NCBI RefSeq assembly: GCF_006345805.1
Contig: NW_021834218.1
Coordinates: 1 to 54,505, forward strand
Source: Octopus sinensis
Taxonomy: Eukaryota
Reading direction: 5' to 3'
DNA length: 54,505 nt
Each line of letters opens with the position of its first letter. The stretch's first letter is position 1. Below the pieces are notes generated by a model. The model ran no database searches. It was not told where the DNA came from and saw only the letters and a list, made by a program, of their open reading frames with translations. A program made the position numbers and the translations under genes. Shown here piece by piece: positions 52,325 to 54,505 of the stretch.

Positions 52325-52415
52325 TTGAAGAGTAAAAGAAAGCACAATGAGTGAGGAGGCAAAATCTGAATTTATACAAAGCCGTGAAAATATTTAGGGT
52401 TATTCGGCCAAACAT
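52325..52415 (-). CDS. Speculative first coding exon (MFGRITLNIFTALYKFRFCLLTHCAFFYSS)
   Basis: True ATG at 52415 just downstream of the ETS patch; donor AA|GTAAGC at 52324. No homology recognised. Confidence 0.2.
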
Positions 52416-52440
52416 GACTCAGAAATCAATGGAGATGTAA

Positions 52441-52495
52441 CGCCAGGGCGCGCAAAAACATCGCTCTCTCCCACTTCCGGTACGTCCACCGTCAA
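52441..52495. promoter_or_regulatory. Promoter-like CpG patch with an ETS motif
   Basis: GGGCGCGC, CACTTCCGGT (52472-52481), several CpGs in AT-rich unique DNA. Confidence 0.3.
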
Positions 52496-52805
52496 AAACA
52501 ATTCAGTTAAATTTCCATAATCGAGGATTGATATAAAGGTGAATTTGGAATATAAACGCAAGCGTGGTACCAATTGTTAGAACATTGGATCGCAGACGAA
52601 AAGCCTCCAGAAACTTGTTGGCTTGACTGGAATCGGTCGCAGCGTTATTGGAAGAGACTCCACATTTCGAAACAAAAAAATATACTGTAGAAAGAACGAA
52701 ATCCAACTAAGGTTACATAACTTAATAGGGACTCAGTTAAACAATTCAGTGTTAACAAGATAATCTCTATACAACTCAAGGAATAACAACTACAACAACA
52801 ACAGC

Positions 52806-52846
<41 letters not shown>

Positions 52847-52883
52847 CAACAATAATAATAATAACAATAATAACAACAACAAC

Positions 52884-52917
<34 letters not shown>

Positions 52918-52920
52918 TAA

Positions 52921-52951
<31 letters not shown>

Positions 52952-52967
52952 AAGAAGAAGATGAATA

Positions 52968-53002
<35 letters not shown>

Positions 53003-53337
53003 TTAATAATAATAATAATGGTTTCAAATTTTGGCCAAAAGCCAGTCAGTACGGGAGAGGGTGTAAGATTAGATAAGATAGCCTTTACATGGCTCTTCTT
53101 ATCGCAGTTATAACATCGCAACTTTTGTCGCTACACCATCTTTCGTATGACGTTTCAACAGCTCCGGTGTTACCTTGCAATCTAGAAGAGGCAATAGGAA
53201 TTAGATAATCCATTGCGATTCCTACCGATTACATGTGTCTTGTCACGTATACAGTAATCCTTCAAATATAATGCTCTACAAAGGCTACATTAAGCTTAGA
53301 TCACTTCGATCCTAAACCTGACAGCCTTCTGTATGTA

Positions 53338-54239
53338 CGAGGGATACCTAAAAGTAAGAAGATACGTTCTCTGTGGGAAAGACCCGTTGTGGTTCAGAAG
53401 CCACTTGATGCGACTGTTAGGCATCAATCTTCCGAGCAGCGGTAGCGTTTGATCTCGTACTGTCACATGATGCGTATTTGTTTTGCAGTTCTTCTCCTCT
53501 CTTCGTTGAATTTTGCGATGACTGAAACGAAGAATTGCGTGCTTCCGTGAAATTCTGCTTTTGCCGGGGAAAACATCCGCCGAAACAGTTGTCGTGATCC
53601 AAGCAGCTTACAAGGACACTACCATGAGAAAAAACACCAGTTTTTCGAGTAGTTTTTACGCTTTAGAAATGGTCACTTGTCACTTGAAGAATAATTTCGT
53701 TCTGGACGACCATCGACATTCTAAACGAATGAAAACATCATGAAAATTCATGAACTGATTCTTTGAAAACCATCAACGAACCATCAACGAACAATTGACG
53801 AACTTGTTGATGCGAATGCTGTGTCCTGGAGCTCTGGCCAATGAATTTTGTGCGAGGAATTGCGAATGAAAAGAGTTGCAGCAAAATTTGTACCTCTCTT
53901 GCTCACGGAAGAACAAAAGCAGTCACGATTAAATGCGCGTCGTGGAATGAAAGAACAATTGGAAGTTGGTCAGGACCTTTTTAGGAAGGTCATCACTGGT
54001 GACGAAAGCTGGGGCTAAGGAATTTGCAGATGTGGAAGAGGTGAAGACAAAAACGACGGAAGCGTTAAAAGGCAGCACTTCGCAAGAGTTCCAGCACTAC
54101 ATGAAATAGTGGAAAACGCGCCTGGACCGATGCATTGCTTTAAATGGAGAATACTACTTTGAAGGCCATAGAAGTGTAAGCATGTAAAACTAAGGGAATA
54201 GAATATTGCGAGATTGCGGTTTCTCTAGGGTATACTTCG
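53338..54239 (+). mobile_element. Internally deleted mariner with both ends and TA target duplication
   Basis: TA|CGAGGGATACC ... GGTATACTTCG|TA. Decayed transposase from ATG 53518: GKTSAETV...RSGRPST...KRVAAKFVPLLL...KVITGDESWG, joined directly to C-terminal FADVEEVK...RLDRCIALNGEY. Confidence 0.9.
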
Positions 54240-54505
54240 TAATTATGTGCTAGGCAACAAATGTAGAGGACTAGGCCACAAATTTATGAAGGACATGTCC
54301 CTCCCTTTCTCTCTTTCCTTGTTTTATTTTTTCTTCGCGCTCTCTCCTCTCTCTCTCTCACTCTCACTCTCTTTCTCTCTCTCACTCTCTCTCTCTCTCG
54401 CTCTGTGTCACCGCCGCACCATTGCTCTTGAAGGCTAGAGAGACGCTGCGATACGATTTGCCACACTTGCACATACATGTGCCAAAGCTTCCTTTAAATA
54501 GAATT

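Overview
AT-rich eukaryotic DNA, almost certainly from an octopus. This is inferred from the octopus-type tRNA-derived SINEs, extreme microsatellite load and retroelement mix, and was not database-checked. It reads as intergenic or intronic: no complete host gene, genuine tRNA/rRNA or CRISPR array is supported, and nearly all long ORFs in the track are artefacts of stop-free simple repeats. Recognisable content: (i) a decayed Penelope-like element (RT + GIY-YIG) and further PLE relics, with three copies of a terminal repeat holding a minimal hammerhead-like motif with a non-canonical core; (ii) at least 10 5'-truncated R4/Dong-type (restriction-like endonuclease, REL) LINE fragments from several diverged families, in trains within (TAA)n arrays; (iii) four mariner relics, one Hsmar1-like and one head-to-head rearranged; (iv) three tRNA-SINE families, one carrying an internal microsatellite expanded to about 1.9 kb in one copy; (v) two MITE-like inverted repeats; (vi) a few promoter-like islands and weak candidate minus-strand exons. 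The best leads are the variant hammerhead, the opposite-strand use of AAT/ATT arrays by LINEs versus SINEs, and the SINE-seeded satellite. All alignments were done by eye, so boundaries are approximate unless a TSD/TIR is quoted.
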